This document shows, piece after piece, positions 1 through 8,826 of a DNA stretch of 63,471 bases. The stretch lies in contig SLTB01000004.1 in NCBI GenBank assembly GCA_007130155.1, forward strand, positions 1-63,471. The letters are read 5' to 3'. Position 1 is the first letter of the stretch. Every line of letters begins with the position of its first letter. The position numbers and the translations under genes are program-made. The stretch comes from Pseudomonadales bacterium. Its GTDB lineage: Bacteria > Pseudomonadota > Gammaproteobacteria > Pseudomonadales > Azotimanducaceae. The notes beneath the pieces were generated by a model that worked only from the letters and a program-made list of their open reading frames with translations, made no database searches and was not told the DNA's origin.

Positions 1-15
1 AATGACTGAGGGAAC

Positions 16-1344
16 ATGACCGCCAAGACTCCGCGACACGCCGACAGCCCGCTGAAGTGCCCAGTGACGGTGGAGGATGTTGATCTGTTCTCCCCAGGCG
101 CCCAGGAGCGCTGGTACGAGGCTTATCCGATCCTTCACCGCGATGCGCCGGTGCTGCGTATACCCGGCGAGGGCCTGACGCCGGGAACCGATGCCTACAT
201 CCTCAGCAAGTATGAGGATATCGCCATGGTGGTGCGCGATCCCGTGCGCTTCCCGCCGACGCTGACTCTGGCGATCAAGGCCTTGGAGGCATCCGATACG
301 CCGCCCGAGGAGATGAAGCACGTCAACGCCATGATGGTGTCGATGTACAGCCTCCGGCCCACCAATGAGCTCTATCGGGCCCATCGCCAGGAACTGACCG
401 ACCCTTGGGTCGGCCCTGGCGCCAGCCGCCATACGGAGATGATCACCCGCCATGGCACCGAGCTCATCGAGGCCTGGATCGGCCGCAGTTCCGGGGAGGT
501 GGAGTTCATCGATGAATTTGCGCGGCCTTTGCCACAGCGCGTGATGGCCAGCGTTCTTGGCTTCCCTCAGGAAGACGTGCCACAGCTCGCGCGCTGGGGC
601 ACCGAGCAGGTGAAGCCCTATGTGATTGGCCGCGGCCACAAGAACGAACTCACCGAGGAGCAGCTTGTCGAGCAGTTCAAGGGTCTGGACGGCTTCAAGG
701 AGTACGTGGCCGATGCGGTCAAGGCCAAGCGCAAGAATCCCGCCGACGACATGATCAGCTGGCTGTGCGATGTGGAGTACGAGGCGCTTGGGCGCAAGCT
801 GACCGACATCGAGATCAACGGCATCGTCTATGCCATGGTGCTCGGTGGCCTCGAAACCACCCAGTACGCCCTGGAGGAACAGGCCCAGCTCATTTGCGAG
901 ACGCCTGGACTTTTCGAACAGCTCAAAGCCGATCGCAGCAAGGTTCGGGGTTTCTGTGAGGAAGCCATGCGCCTGCGTTCGCCGACCCAGGGTCTGTCCA
1001 CCCGTATCACGAGCCAGGATGAGGTGTTCCAGGACGTGACGGTGCCCAAGGGTTCCCTGCTGCACCTGCGCTGGGCCGCGGGCAATGTCGATCCGGATGA
1101 GTGGGAATGCCCCTACGAGCTCGATATCGATCGCAAAGCCGTGACGCGTCACCTGGCGTTCTCTCAAGGCCCGCGGGTCTGCCCCGGTGCCGGCATCTCG
1201 CGTGTCGAGCAGCAGATTGCCTGGAACCTGCTTCTGGATCACCTCGACGGCATCGAGTATGGCGATGGCAATACCTTCGAGCACCAGCCGGGCATCATGA
1301 TGGGCACCTTGAAGCTCAACTTGAAGTTCAAGAAGGCGGGCTGA
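16..1344 (+). CDS. cytochrome P450 monooxygenase
   Basis: 442-aa ORF. Heme-thiolate signature FSQGPRVCPGAGISR (FxxGxRxCxG) near the C-terminus and I-helix motif LGGLETT. Normal length for a soluble bacterial P450. Confidence 0.9.
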   Translation: MTAKTPRHADSPLKCPVTVEDVDLFSPGAQERWYEAYPILHRDAPVLRIPGEGLTPGTDAYILSKYEDIAMVVRDPVRFPPTLTLAIKALEASDTPPEEMKHVNAMMVSMYSLRPTNELYRAHRQELTDPWVGPGASRHTEMITRHGTELIEAWIGRSSGEVEFIDEFARPLPQRVMASVLGFPQEDVPQLARWGTEQVKPYVIGRGHKNELTEEQLVEQFKGLDGFKEYVADAVKAKRKNPADDMISWLCDVEYEALGRKLTDIEINGIVYAMVLGGLETTQYALEEQAQLICETPGLFEQLKADRSKVRGFCEEAMRLRSPTQGLSTRITSQDEVFQDVTVPKGSLLHLRWAAGNVDPDEWECPYELDIDRKAVTRHLAFSQGPRVCPGAGISRVEQQIAWNLLLDHLDGIEYGDGNTFEHQPGIMMGTLKLNLKFKKAG

Positions 1345-1589
1345 ACGAAGCGCGGCCGCTTCTGAGCCGCTCTTGGCCCTGACGTGTAATCGCCTCATTC
1401 GTCCTGCGAATGGGGCGGTTGCGCTTCGCCGAGCACCCCTTCACCCAACCGTTCAGCGTCGTCCCGCCGATTTCCCGGTGAAACGATCACAGACGTCTGG
1501 GCTCGGTCGCGTCTTTCCATTACGGTGAGCGAAAGCTGGCCTGGGCGCCACGCGCGCACCGCCTCGTCCTGCAGTCAAGGAATCGAATC

Positions 1590-2654
1590 ATGGCCCTCAT
1601 CAGCATGCGCCAGCTTCTCGATCATGCCGCCGAGCATGGTTACGGTGTCCCGGCGTTCAACGTCAATAACCTCGAGCAGATGCGCGCCATCATGGAAGCG
1701 GCTGACGAGACCGATTCGCCGGTCATCGTCCAGGCTTCGGCCGGGGCGCGAAAGTACGCTGGGCCGAATTTCCTCCGTCACCTCATCTTGGCGGCTGTGG
1801 AGGAGTTCCCGGGCATTCCCATCGTCATGCATCAGGACCACGGCGCATCGCCGGCTGTGTGCCAGCGCTCGATCCAGCTCGGTTTCACGTCAGTGATGAT
1901 GGATGGCTCCCTGCGCGAGGACATGAAGACCCCGGCAGACTATGACTACAACGTCGACGTCACCCGGCAGACCGTAGCCATGGCCCATGCCGGTGGCGTC
2001 TCCGTCGAAGGTGAGCTCGGCTGCCTTGGTTCGCTGGAGACCGGCCAGGCCGGCGACGAGGACGGCTCCGGGGCCGAAGGTACCCTGAGCCACGACATGC
2101 TGCTCACCGACCCGGAAGAGGCGGCAGATTTCGTCCGTCAGACCAAAGTGGATGCGCTGGCCATCGCCATCGGTACCAGTCATGGTGCCTACAAGTTCTC
2201 GCGTCCGCCCACTGGCGACATTCTCGCCATCGACCGGATCAAGGCCATCCATGCCCGTATCCCGGATACGCATCTGGTGATGCATGGCTCCTCTTCCGTG
2301 CCCCAGGAGTGGCTCGAAATCATCAACAAGTTCGGCGGCGATATCGCCGAAACCTACGGTGTGCCGGTGGAGGAGATCCAGGAGGGTATTCGCCATGGCG
2401 TGCGTAAGGTCAACATCGACACCGATCTTCGACTGGCATCGACGGGCGCCACCCGGCAGTTCCTGGCGGAGAACCCTGCTGAGTTCGACCCGCGCAAGTA
2501 CCTCAAGGCAACGATGCTGGCCATGAAGGGCATCGTGAAGGCGCGCTATGAGGCTTTCGGTACCGCCGGCAATGCCTCAAAGATCAAGGTCATCAGTCTC
2601 GATGACATGGCGGCTCGCTACGAGAAGGGCCAGCTCGATCCGGTGATCAACTGA
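1590..2654 (+). CDS. fba: fructose-bisphosphate aldolase, class II
   Basis: 354-aa ORF. N-terminus [30 protein letters not shown] plus internal HQDHG, HGAYKF and LVMHGSS segments, characteristic of class II (CbbA/Fba-type) aldolases. Confidence 0.95.
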   Translation: MALISMRQLLDHAAEHGYGVPAFNVNNLEQMRAIMEAADETDSPVIVQASAGARKYAGPNFLRHLILAAVEEFPGIPIVMHQDHGASPAVCQRSIQLGFTSVMMDGSLREDMKTPADYDYNVDVTRQTVAMAHAGGVSVEGELGCLGSLETGQAGDEDGSGAEGTLSHDMLLTDPEEAADFVRQTKVDALAIAIGTSHGAYKFSRPPTGDILAIDRIKAIHARIPDTHLVMHGSSSVPQEWLEIINKFGGDIAETYGVPVEEIQEGIRHGVRKVNIDTDLRLASTGATRQFLAENPAEFDPRKYLKATMLAMKGIVKARYEAFGTAGNASKIKVISLDDMAARYEKGQLDPVIN

Positions 2655-2782
2655 GAGGGTTCAGGCGCAGGGCTGCATTCGGACCAATTGGAAGCGTCTG
2701 AGCCTATGGAACGTCTCACATGGGAGCGCACTTCGCTCGCGATTGCCCGCGTTGCGGGCTCTTACTCCAGATCTGCAGGACC

Positions 2783-4570
2783 TCACACCAGCGGCCAGAT
2801 CATCGGCACCAGGATAATGGTCATGATGCCGGCGACGATGTTCATCATGATGCCGATGCGCATGAAGTCGGTGAACCGGTAACCACCGGGGCCGAATACC
2901 ATCAGGTTGGTCTGATAGCCCAGTGGCGTCGCGTAGCTGGCGGAGGCGGCTATCATCACTGCGATGACGTAGGGCTCCGGATTCAGGCCCAGCACGCTGG
3001 TCATGCTCAGCACCACCGGCAGCATGATCAGCGCTGCAGCGTTGTTCGTGATCATTTCGGTGAGCAGTGACACCGCAAAGAAGGTCAGCACGAGCAGCAG
3101 CAGGGGATTGCCGTCGGCCAGCACCAGCACCCCGTTGCCGACCCAAGCTGCTGCGCCGGAGACCTGCAGGGCGTTGCCCAGGGCGAAGCTGGCGGCGATG
3201 GTGATGATCACGGTTAGGTCCAGGCTGCGCCGTGCTTCGGCCATGGTCAGGCAGCGTGTGGCGACCATCGCGAAGGCGGCCAGCAGCGCCGCATTGAGCA
3301 TGCTGGTGATGCCGAGCGTGGCCAGGGCCACCATGGCGACTAGAATGCCGATGGCGATGCCGGTCTTGCTGTGATCCGGCCGCTGTTCGTTGAGATCGTT
3401 GATCATCAGGAAGTCGCGCAGCTGGCGCTGCCGAGTGATGAACGGCGAGCGGGCCTCCAGCAGCAGCACGTCCCCGGCCTCCAGGGTGATGCTGCCGAGA
3501 TTGCCGTGGATGGATTCCCCGTTTCGGTTCACCGCCAGCACGACCGCGCCATAGCGATCCCGGAAGCGACCGTCGCGCAGGGTCTGGCCGATGCCGTCGC
3601 ACAGCGGTGACACCACGGCCTCCACCAGGCGCCGCTCGGCCATGTCCTTCTCGATGACCGGCGTGCTGCTGTCTGAAGCCACGAGACCGTTGATGCGCAA
3701 CACGTCGACGATGGCGTCTGTCTCGCCCACGAACACCAGCCGATCGCCGGCTTGCAGTCGTTCTTCCGGTGCGACGGCGGTGACAATGGCGCCCTGGCGC
3801 TCGATTTCGGCCAGGAAGATGCGCCCGAGATGACGCAGGCCGGCATCCTGAATCGACAGACCCACCAGCGGTCCATTTTCGGCCACTGCCACCTCGAAGG
3901 TGAACTCGCGCCGGTTGGCAAATTGCTCCGACACGCTCCGCCGTTCCGGAAGCAGCCATTTGGCGGTCAGCATCATGATCAGGAAACCGGCGATGGCAAC
4001 GCCTAGGCCCACGGGTGTGATGTCGAACATGTTGAAGCCGTCGCGACCGGTGAGGGCCTGGAACTGGCCATTGACCACCAGATTGGTGCTGGTGCCGATC
4101 AGGGTCAGGGTGCCGCCGAAGATGGACGCGTAGGACAGCGGAATCATCAGCCGGCTTGGCACGATGTCGATCTGCTTCGACCAGCGCGCCACGGCTGGAA
4201 TCATCGTGGCGACCACGGGCGTGTTGTTGAGAAAGCCACTCATGGTGCTGACCGGGAGCATGAGCCTGGCCAGGGCGCCGCGGTAGGACTTGGGCCGACC
4301 CAGTACCTTTCCGACGATGGCGTCCACGCCGCCGGAGTTCTGGACCCCAGCGGCAACGATGAAGAGAGCGGCCACGGTAATCAGGCCGGAGTTGGCGAAG
4401 CCGCCCAAGGCCTGCTCTGCGGTGAGAATGCCCGTCGCACTCAGCAGCGCCAGGGCTGCCATCAGCACCAGATCCGGCGTCAGCCGGGTCAATGCCAGCG
4501 TCAGCAGGACGCCGACGCAGGTCCCGAGCGTCAGCCAGCCTTGCCAATCGAGTGCGACTTCTGCTGACAC
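2783..4570 (-). CDS. SLC13/DASS-type anion permease with two internal TrkA-C (RCK_C)-like domains
   Basis: 595-aa ORF. Two multi-TM halves are separated by two soluble repeats (VAENGPLVGLSIQDAGLRHLGRIFLAEIER..., VSPLCDGIGQTLRDGRFRDRYGAVVLAVNR...). This architecture is typical of CitT/YbiR-like permeases. Confidence 0.8.
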   Translation of the reverse strand: MSAEVALDWQGWLTLGTCVGVLLTLALTRLTPDLVLMAALALLSATGILTAEQALGGFANSGLITVAALFIVAAGVQNSGGVDAIVGKVLGRPKSYRGALARLMLPVSTMSGFLNNTPVVATMIPAVARWSKQIDIVPSRLMIPLSYASIFGGTLTLIGTSTNLVVNGQFQALTGRDGFNMFDITPVGLGVAIAGFLIMMLTAKWLLPERRSVSEQFANRREFTFEVAVAENGPLVGLSIQDAGLRHLGRIFLAEIERQGAIVTAVAPEERLQAGDRLVFVGETDAIVDVLRINGLVASDSSTPVIEKDMAERRLVEAVVSPLCDGIGQTLRDGRFRDRYGAVVLAVNRNGESIHGNLGSITLEAGDVLLLEARSPFITRQRQLRDFLMINDLNEQRPDHSKTGIAIGILVAMVALATLGITSMLNAALLAAFAMVATRCLTMAEARRSLDLTVIITIAASFALGNALQVSGAAAWVGNGVLVLADGNPLLLLVLTFFAVSLLTEMITNNAAALIMLPVVLSMTSVLGLNPEPYVIAVMIAASASYATPLGYQTNLMVFGPGGYRFTDFMRIGIMMNIVAGIMTIILVPMIWPLV

Positions 4571-4863
4571 GATGTTCTCGCCGATTGGGCTGGGGCCCCA
4601 GGAGCCTCAGCATAAATGGGACCGCGCATGATAACCGCGCGGCTGGTCATGATGGCGAGGCCAGTCGCCAACGAGAAGGAATGAAATCCGATGTTCTAAT
4701 GCGAAATGGTTATGTAGATGGCTTGATGGGCGGGCTGGAAGCGACGTTCGGGTGCCACGGCTCATCCGAGACGCCCGCTCAACGCAACGGTCAAGTGACA
4801 GGATCGAGACGCCCGATGGAGGGGCGTTTCTCGGGTCCGGAGTGGAGCTTGACGAGACGCAGG

Positions 4864-5592
4864 TCAGCGTTCGTCTGGCGCTGGCCGAGCGCGCTGATTG
4901 TAGAGCAGTTTCCTCAGGGCCACTTTTTCAGCGTCGCTGAGCTTGGAGAAGTCGTTGCCGAAATCCGAGCCCACCGCCATGCCACGCTCAACGGCTGGCC
5001 GAGCCTGTATTGCTTCGAACCAGCGCTTGAAGTGTTTGAATTCATTGATGTCTTGGCCCTGGGATTCCCAGCCCACCGTCCAGGGATAGCAGATCATGTC
5101 GGCGATGGTGTAGGCGTCGCCGGCCAGGTAGGGGTGGTAGTAGAGCTGGGTGTTGAGGACGCCATACATGCGGTTCACCTCATCGGTGAAGCGGGTCACG
5201 GCATAGCTCTGGTCGCCCTGGCTGTCCTTCAGGCGTCGGAAGTGGCCGCATTCGCCGGTCTTGGGTCCCTGGTTGGCCATCTGCCAGATCAACCACTCGT
5301 GCACCCTGGTCCGGCCGCGGACATCCTTGGGGAGGAAGCGGCCCTCCTTCTCCGCCAGGTACCACATGATAGCGCCTGACTCGAATACCGAGATCGGTTC
5401 GCCACCGTCCTCCGGTGCATGATCTACCAACGCCGGCATTCGGTTGTTGGGTGAAATGCGCAGGAAATCGTCGGTGAACTGATCGCCCTTGCCGATGTTG
5501 CAAGGCACGACATTGTAAGGAGCGCCGAGTTCCTCGAGGAGGATCGTGACCTTTTTGCCGTTGGGGGTCGGCCAGTAGTGGACGTCATACAT
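4864..5592 (-). CDS. glutathione S-transferase family protein (Nu-class, YfcG/YghU-like)
   Basis: ORF 4864..5688 trimmed to the ATG at 5592, which follows GGAGAA. MYDVHYWPTPNGKKVTILLEELG resembles the YfcG/YghU N-terminus; the C-terminal GST helical domain is present. Confidence 0.85.
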   Translation of the reverse strand: MYDVHYWPTPNGKKVTILLEELGAPYNVVPCNIGKGDQFTDDFLRISPNNRMPALVDHAPEDGGEPISVFESGAIMWYLAEKEGRFLPKDVRGRTRVHEWLIWQMANQGPKTGECGHFRRLKDSQGDQSYAVTRFTDEVNRMYGVLNTQLYYHPYLAGDAYTIADMICYPWTVGWESQGQDINEFKHFKRWFEAIQARPAVERGMAVGSDFGNDFSKLSDAEKVALRKLLYNQRARPAPDER

Positions 5593-5705
5593 TCCAGGTT
5601 CTCCGTAGCGGATGGCGCTGTGGGTGCCGTCGTCGTGACGTTGGGGCATGATACGGAGAGCAGTGCGCGTTGCGTACCGTATCTGCAAGACCTTGAGGAA
5701 CCACC

Positions 5706-6557
5706 ATGGCCGAAGACCTTCGTCCGCTTCCGTTCACTCGCCGTCGCTTCCTGGCCACCAGTGCCGGGGCGGGCTTTGCGCTGGCGGTGCGACCGATCAG
5801 TGCCGACACGGTGATTCGAACGGACAGCGCGGGCCTGGTGGCCGCCGATGTCATGATACCGATGGAGGATGGCGCTGAGCTTCCGACTTATCTGGCCAGG
5901 CCGGAAGGTGAAGGCCCGTTTCCCGTCGTGCTGGTGATCCAGGAGATCTTCGGCGTTCATGAGCATATCAAGGACGTCTGCCGGCGCTTCGCCCGGGAAG
6001 GCTATCTGGCCCTGGCGCCAGAGCTGTTCCACCGCCAGGGGGACGTGTCCAGGCTGACGGACTTTGAAGCCATTCTGGCTATCGTCCGGGAAGTGCCCGA
6101 CGCTCAGGTGATGAGCGATCTCGATGCTGCAGTAGATTTCGCGGCCGGACGGCATGGCAACGTGGCGCAATTGGGGATCACCGGCTTCTGCTGGGGCGGA
6201 CGCATCACTTGGCTTTACGCGGCCCACAGCGAAAGGGTGGCGGCCGGCGTCGCCTGGTATGGCCGGGTGACGGGCGAAGCCACGCCATTGCAGCCTAGCC
6301 ACCCCATAGACGTTGCCGCGAACCTCCATGCGCCGGTACTCGGCCTTTACGGAGGCCAGGACACGGGTATTCCCATGACCGAGGTGGCGAAAATGAGGGC
6401 TGCCCTGGAAGCTGCGGATTCGCCGTCGACCTTCCACATCTATCCGCAAGCACCTCACGCCTTCTACGCCGACTACCGCCCGAGCTATCGGGAAGCCGCC
6501 GCCCGCGATGGCTGGCAGCGGGCCCTGGCCTGGTTCCGCGAGCACGGCGTCGGTTGA
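5706..6557 (+). CDS. dienelactone hydrolase family protein, Tat-exported
   Basis: 283 aa. Twin-arginine signal FTRRRFLATSAGAGFALA. Nucleophile elbow GFCWGG (Cys-type, as in DLH) and C-terminal PHAF His motif. Confidence 0.85.
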   Translation: MAEDLRPLPFTRRRFLATSAGAGFALAVRPISADTVIRTDSAGLVAADVMIPMEDGAELPTYLARPEGEGPFPVVLVIQEIFGVHEHIKDVCRRFAREGYLALAPELFHRQGDVSRLTDFEAILAIVREVPDAQVMSDLDAAVDFAAGRHGNVAQLGITGFCWGGRITWLYAAHSERVAAGVAWYGRVTGEATPLQPSHPIDVAANLHAPVLGLYGGQDTGIPMTEVAKMRAALEAADSPSTFHIYPQAPHAFYADYRPSYREAAARDGWQRALAWFREHGVG

Positions 6558-6570
6558 GCCGTCCGCAAGC

Positions 6571-6619
6571 CCCAGCCTGTGAGGCCCAGCCTGTGAGGCC
6601 CAACCTGTGAGGCCCAACC
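6571..6619. repeat. 14-bp tandem repeat CCCAGCCTGTGAGG, about 3.5 copies
   Basis: Read directly: cccagcctgtgagg cccagcctgtgagg cccaacctgtgagg cccaacc, immediately after the DLH stop codon. Confidence 0.9.
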
Positions 6620-6730
6620 AAAATGTTGCCTTGCCGCGCGTTTCGACATGACCGCCTCGCTGCTTCAATCGGTGTCCAAGCGTTTGCTGAACGCGGGACA
6701 CTCCAAGATCCTCGCTACAGGGAGAACACC

Positions 6731-7831
6731 ATGCTGATGCGATCGCTCGCGATACCCCGTGCCGAATTCGAGGCCGGGACTGGCTGGCAGCTGAAGCCGG
6801 AAGGTGCCTGCAAAGGTGATGTTTGCATTCCGCTTCCGGAAACCCCGGGCGACGATGTCGATGTGAGGGCGCTGGCGGAGTCCATGGGTCTGCCGTTGGT
6901 CGCGGCCGCGGAGTATGGCCTCTGGGCCGTGGGCCCGGAAGCCATCGGCGGCCGCGCCCTGCTCAGTGCTGAAGCCCCCGACCTGCGTCTGCCCGACCTG
7001 GATGGCAACGAGTTTGCGCTTTCAAGTCTGCGCGGTAAGAAGGTATTACTCTATGCCTGGGCCCCTTACTGAGGCTGTTCCGGCGACCTGTCCGTGTGGC
7101 AGGCACTCAGGAACGAACTTGCGCCTGCGGGCTTCGAACTCGTCACTGTCGGTCTCGACACGCTCGGTGCCGAGGGCTGTCGCCAATTCATCGAAGCGGC
7201 GCGTCCTGAGCATCCTTCATTGATCGATCAGTACCACAAGCTTGCCGATGCCTTTGGGGTCATCAATATTCCAAGCAGCGTCTGGATCGATGAACAGGGC
7301 ATGATCGTCCGCCCGGCCGAAGTGGCACCCGCAGCGCCGGGTTCACGCTCCGGTCCACCACCGCGATTGCCACCGGAGATTCCGGAGAGGTTGCGCAACA
7401 TCATGCAGGAGGCGGTGAAGATTCCCGATGATTCGGCCGTCTATCATGCGGCCCTGCGTGATTGGGTTCAGAAGGGCAGCGACAGCGACTTTGCAATGGC
7501 TCCAGACGAAGTGATCGCTCGCTCTCGGCCTCGGGATGAGAATCGCTCCCTGGGTCATGCCCACTTCGAACTGGCCAGCGCCCTCGAGGTGGCCGGACAG
7601 CACGATGCGGCCATCCAGCACTTCCGCGAGGCCCATCGGCTGGTGCCGGAGAGCTGGACCTTCCGGCGTCAGGCCTGGTCGTTGGAGCGGGTCGAGGCGG
7701 CAGGATCCTTCGCCCGCTTCTGGCAGGGACCGAAGCCAGACGACCCCGAGTCCTGGCCCTACGACGGTGGCTGGCTTGAGGACATCCGCCGCGAAGGCGC
7801 CGAGAACTACAACGAACGCTGGAGGCCCTGA
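6731..7831 (+). CDS. thioredoxin-fold ResA/TlpA-like protein with in-frame UGA (candidate selenocysteine, motif WAPY-U-GC) and a C-terminal helical (TPR-like) region
   Basis: ORFs 6623..7072 and 7094..7831 share one frame and are separated only by TGA 7070..7072, with no other stop. The TGA sits where redoxins carry the N-terminal redox Cys (VLLYAWAPY*GCSGDLSVWQAL). Start is placed at ATG 6731, after GGAGAA. Confidence 0.55.
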
Positions 7832-7843
7832 CCCGCGAGAAAC

Positions 7844-8019
7844 TGGACATCCACAACATTACGGGACATCCAGAACATTACGGGACATCCACGTTTTGCC
7901 TGTCCCTTCTAAGGTGAGAGCGCTCCCACAGCAGTCGGCGCTGGCGCGCTGCGGTGATCGGGCACGCAGACTTGGATGTCCAATCATTGTGTGGATGTCC
8001 AGAAAATTGGGGACATCCA
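7844..8019. promoter_or_regulatory. array of six GGACATCCA / TGGATGTCC 9-mers in the intergenic region upstream of the HAD hydrolase gene
   Basis: Direct copies at 7845, 7864 and 7883 (19-bp period). Inverted copies at 7973 and 7992 (19-bp period). One more direct copy at 8011 forms the palindrome TGGATGTCCA-N9-GGACATCCA with the copy at 7992. Confidence 0.5.
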
Positions 8020-8088
8020 CGTTTGTCGGTCCGTTCCCACGCCGCGGGCGGGCCCGGTTCGACTTGGGGATAGGAGAGTGTCTGAACG

Positions 8089-8739
8089 ATGATCGAGCTT
8101 GTCATCTTCGACTGCGACGGCGTGCTCGTGGACACGGAGCGTCTGGCCGTACGCATCGAGCAAGCGGCGCTGGCGGAACTGGGCTGGGAATTGTCGGCGG
8201 AGGATCTGGCAGAGCGCTTCATCGGTTGCACCGATGACCACTTCGAACGCGAAGTGGAGCGTATGATCGGACGTCCCATTCCGGAATCCTGGCGAGCAAA
8301 AGTCAACGCTCGCTATCGGGAAGCGTTCCGGACCGAACTGTCGCCAGTAGATGGCGTGGTCGAAGCTCTCAATGCGATCAACCATCCCACCTGTGTGGCC
8401 TCCAACGGCAGCCATCGTAAGATGGAGACGACACTTGGAATCACCGGGTTGTACCCCCGCTTTGCCGGACGCATCTTCAGCGCCTACGACGTTAAGCAAG
8501 GCAAACCTGCCCCTGATCTGTTTCTGCATGCCGCTGAACAGATGGGCCATCCTCCTGAGCGCTGCGTGGTGGTGGAGGACAGCGCCAACGGTGTCGCCGC
8601 AGCCCGCGCGGCAGGTATGCATGTTTATGCCTATGCCGGTGGCCTCGTTCCGGCGCAGCGCCTGGCGGGGCCGGGCACCACAGTGTTCGCCGATATGCGT
8701 GAGCTTCCGGACTTGATTGGGCCTTGGTTGACCCGCTGA
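8089..8739 (+). CDS. HAD-superfamily hydrolase (beta-phosphoglucomutase-like subfamily IA)
   Basis: 216 aa. Motif I VIFDCDGVLVDTE, motif II ASNGS, motif IV VVVEDSANGVAAARAAGM. RBS TAGGAGAG lies upstream. Confidence 0.85.
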   Translation: MIELVIFDCDGVLVDTERLAVRIEQAALAELGWELSAEDLAERFIGCTDDHFEREVERMIGRPIPESWRAKVNARYREAFRTELSPVDGVVEALNAINHPTCVASNGSHRKMETTLGITGLYPRFAGRIFSAYDVKQGKPAPDLFLHAAEQMGHPPERCVVVEDSANGVAAARAAGMHVYAYAGGLVPAQRLAGPGTTVFADMRELPDLIGPWLTR

Positions 8740-8826
8740 TGCTGCCCGGAACACGCAAGTTGCCTCGGTAAGATTGAAACGCGTTATGATTCCCCGGTCA
8801 GCCACCGGATCGCGGAGTCACGCCTT

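Noticed and set aside
2661-4613. 650-aa ORF on the minus strand, longer than the annotated transporter ORF
   Set aside because: Out of frame with and fully overlapping the SLC13-type permease ORF. Its translation is Arg/Gly/Pro/His-rich with no hydrophobic helices or motifs, which is a typical GC-rich shadow ORF.
5424-6701. 425-aa minus-strand ORF opposite the dienelactone hydrolase gene
   Set aside because: Antisense to a motif-supported gene and overlaps the GST gene. The composition is low-complexity and Arg/Gly-rich.
7844-8019. Possible CRISPR array, because of regularly spaced repeats
   Set aside because: The period is only 19 bp, units occur in both orientations, there are no 25-40-bp unique spacers, and no cas genes are in the window.
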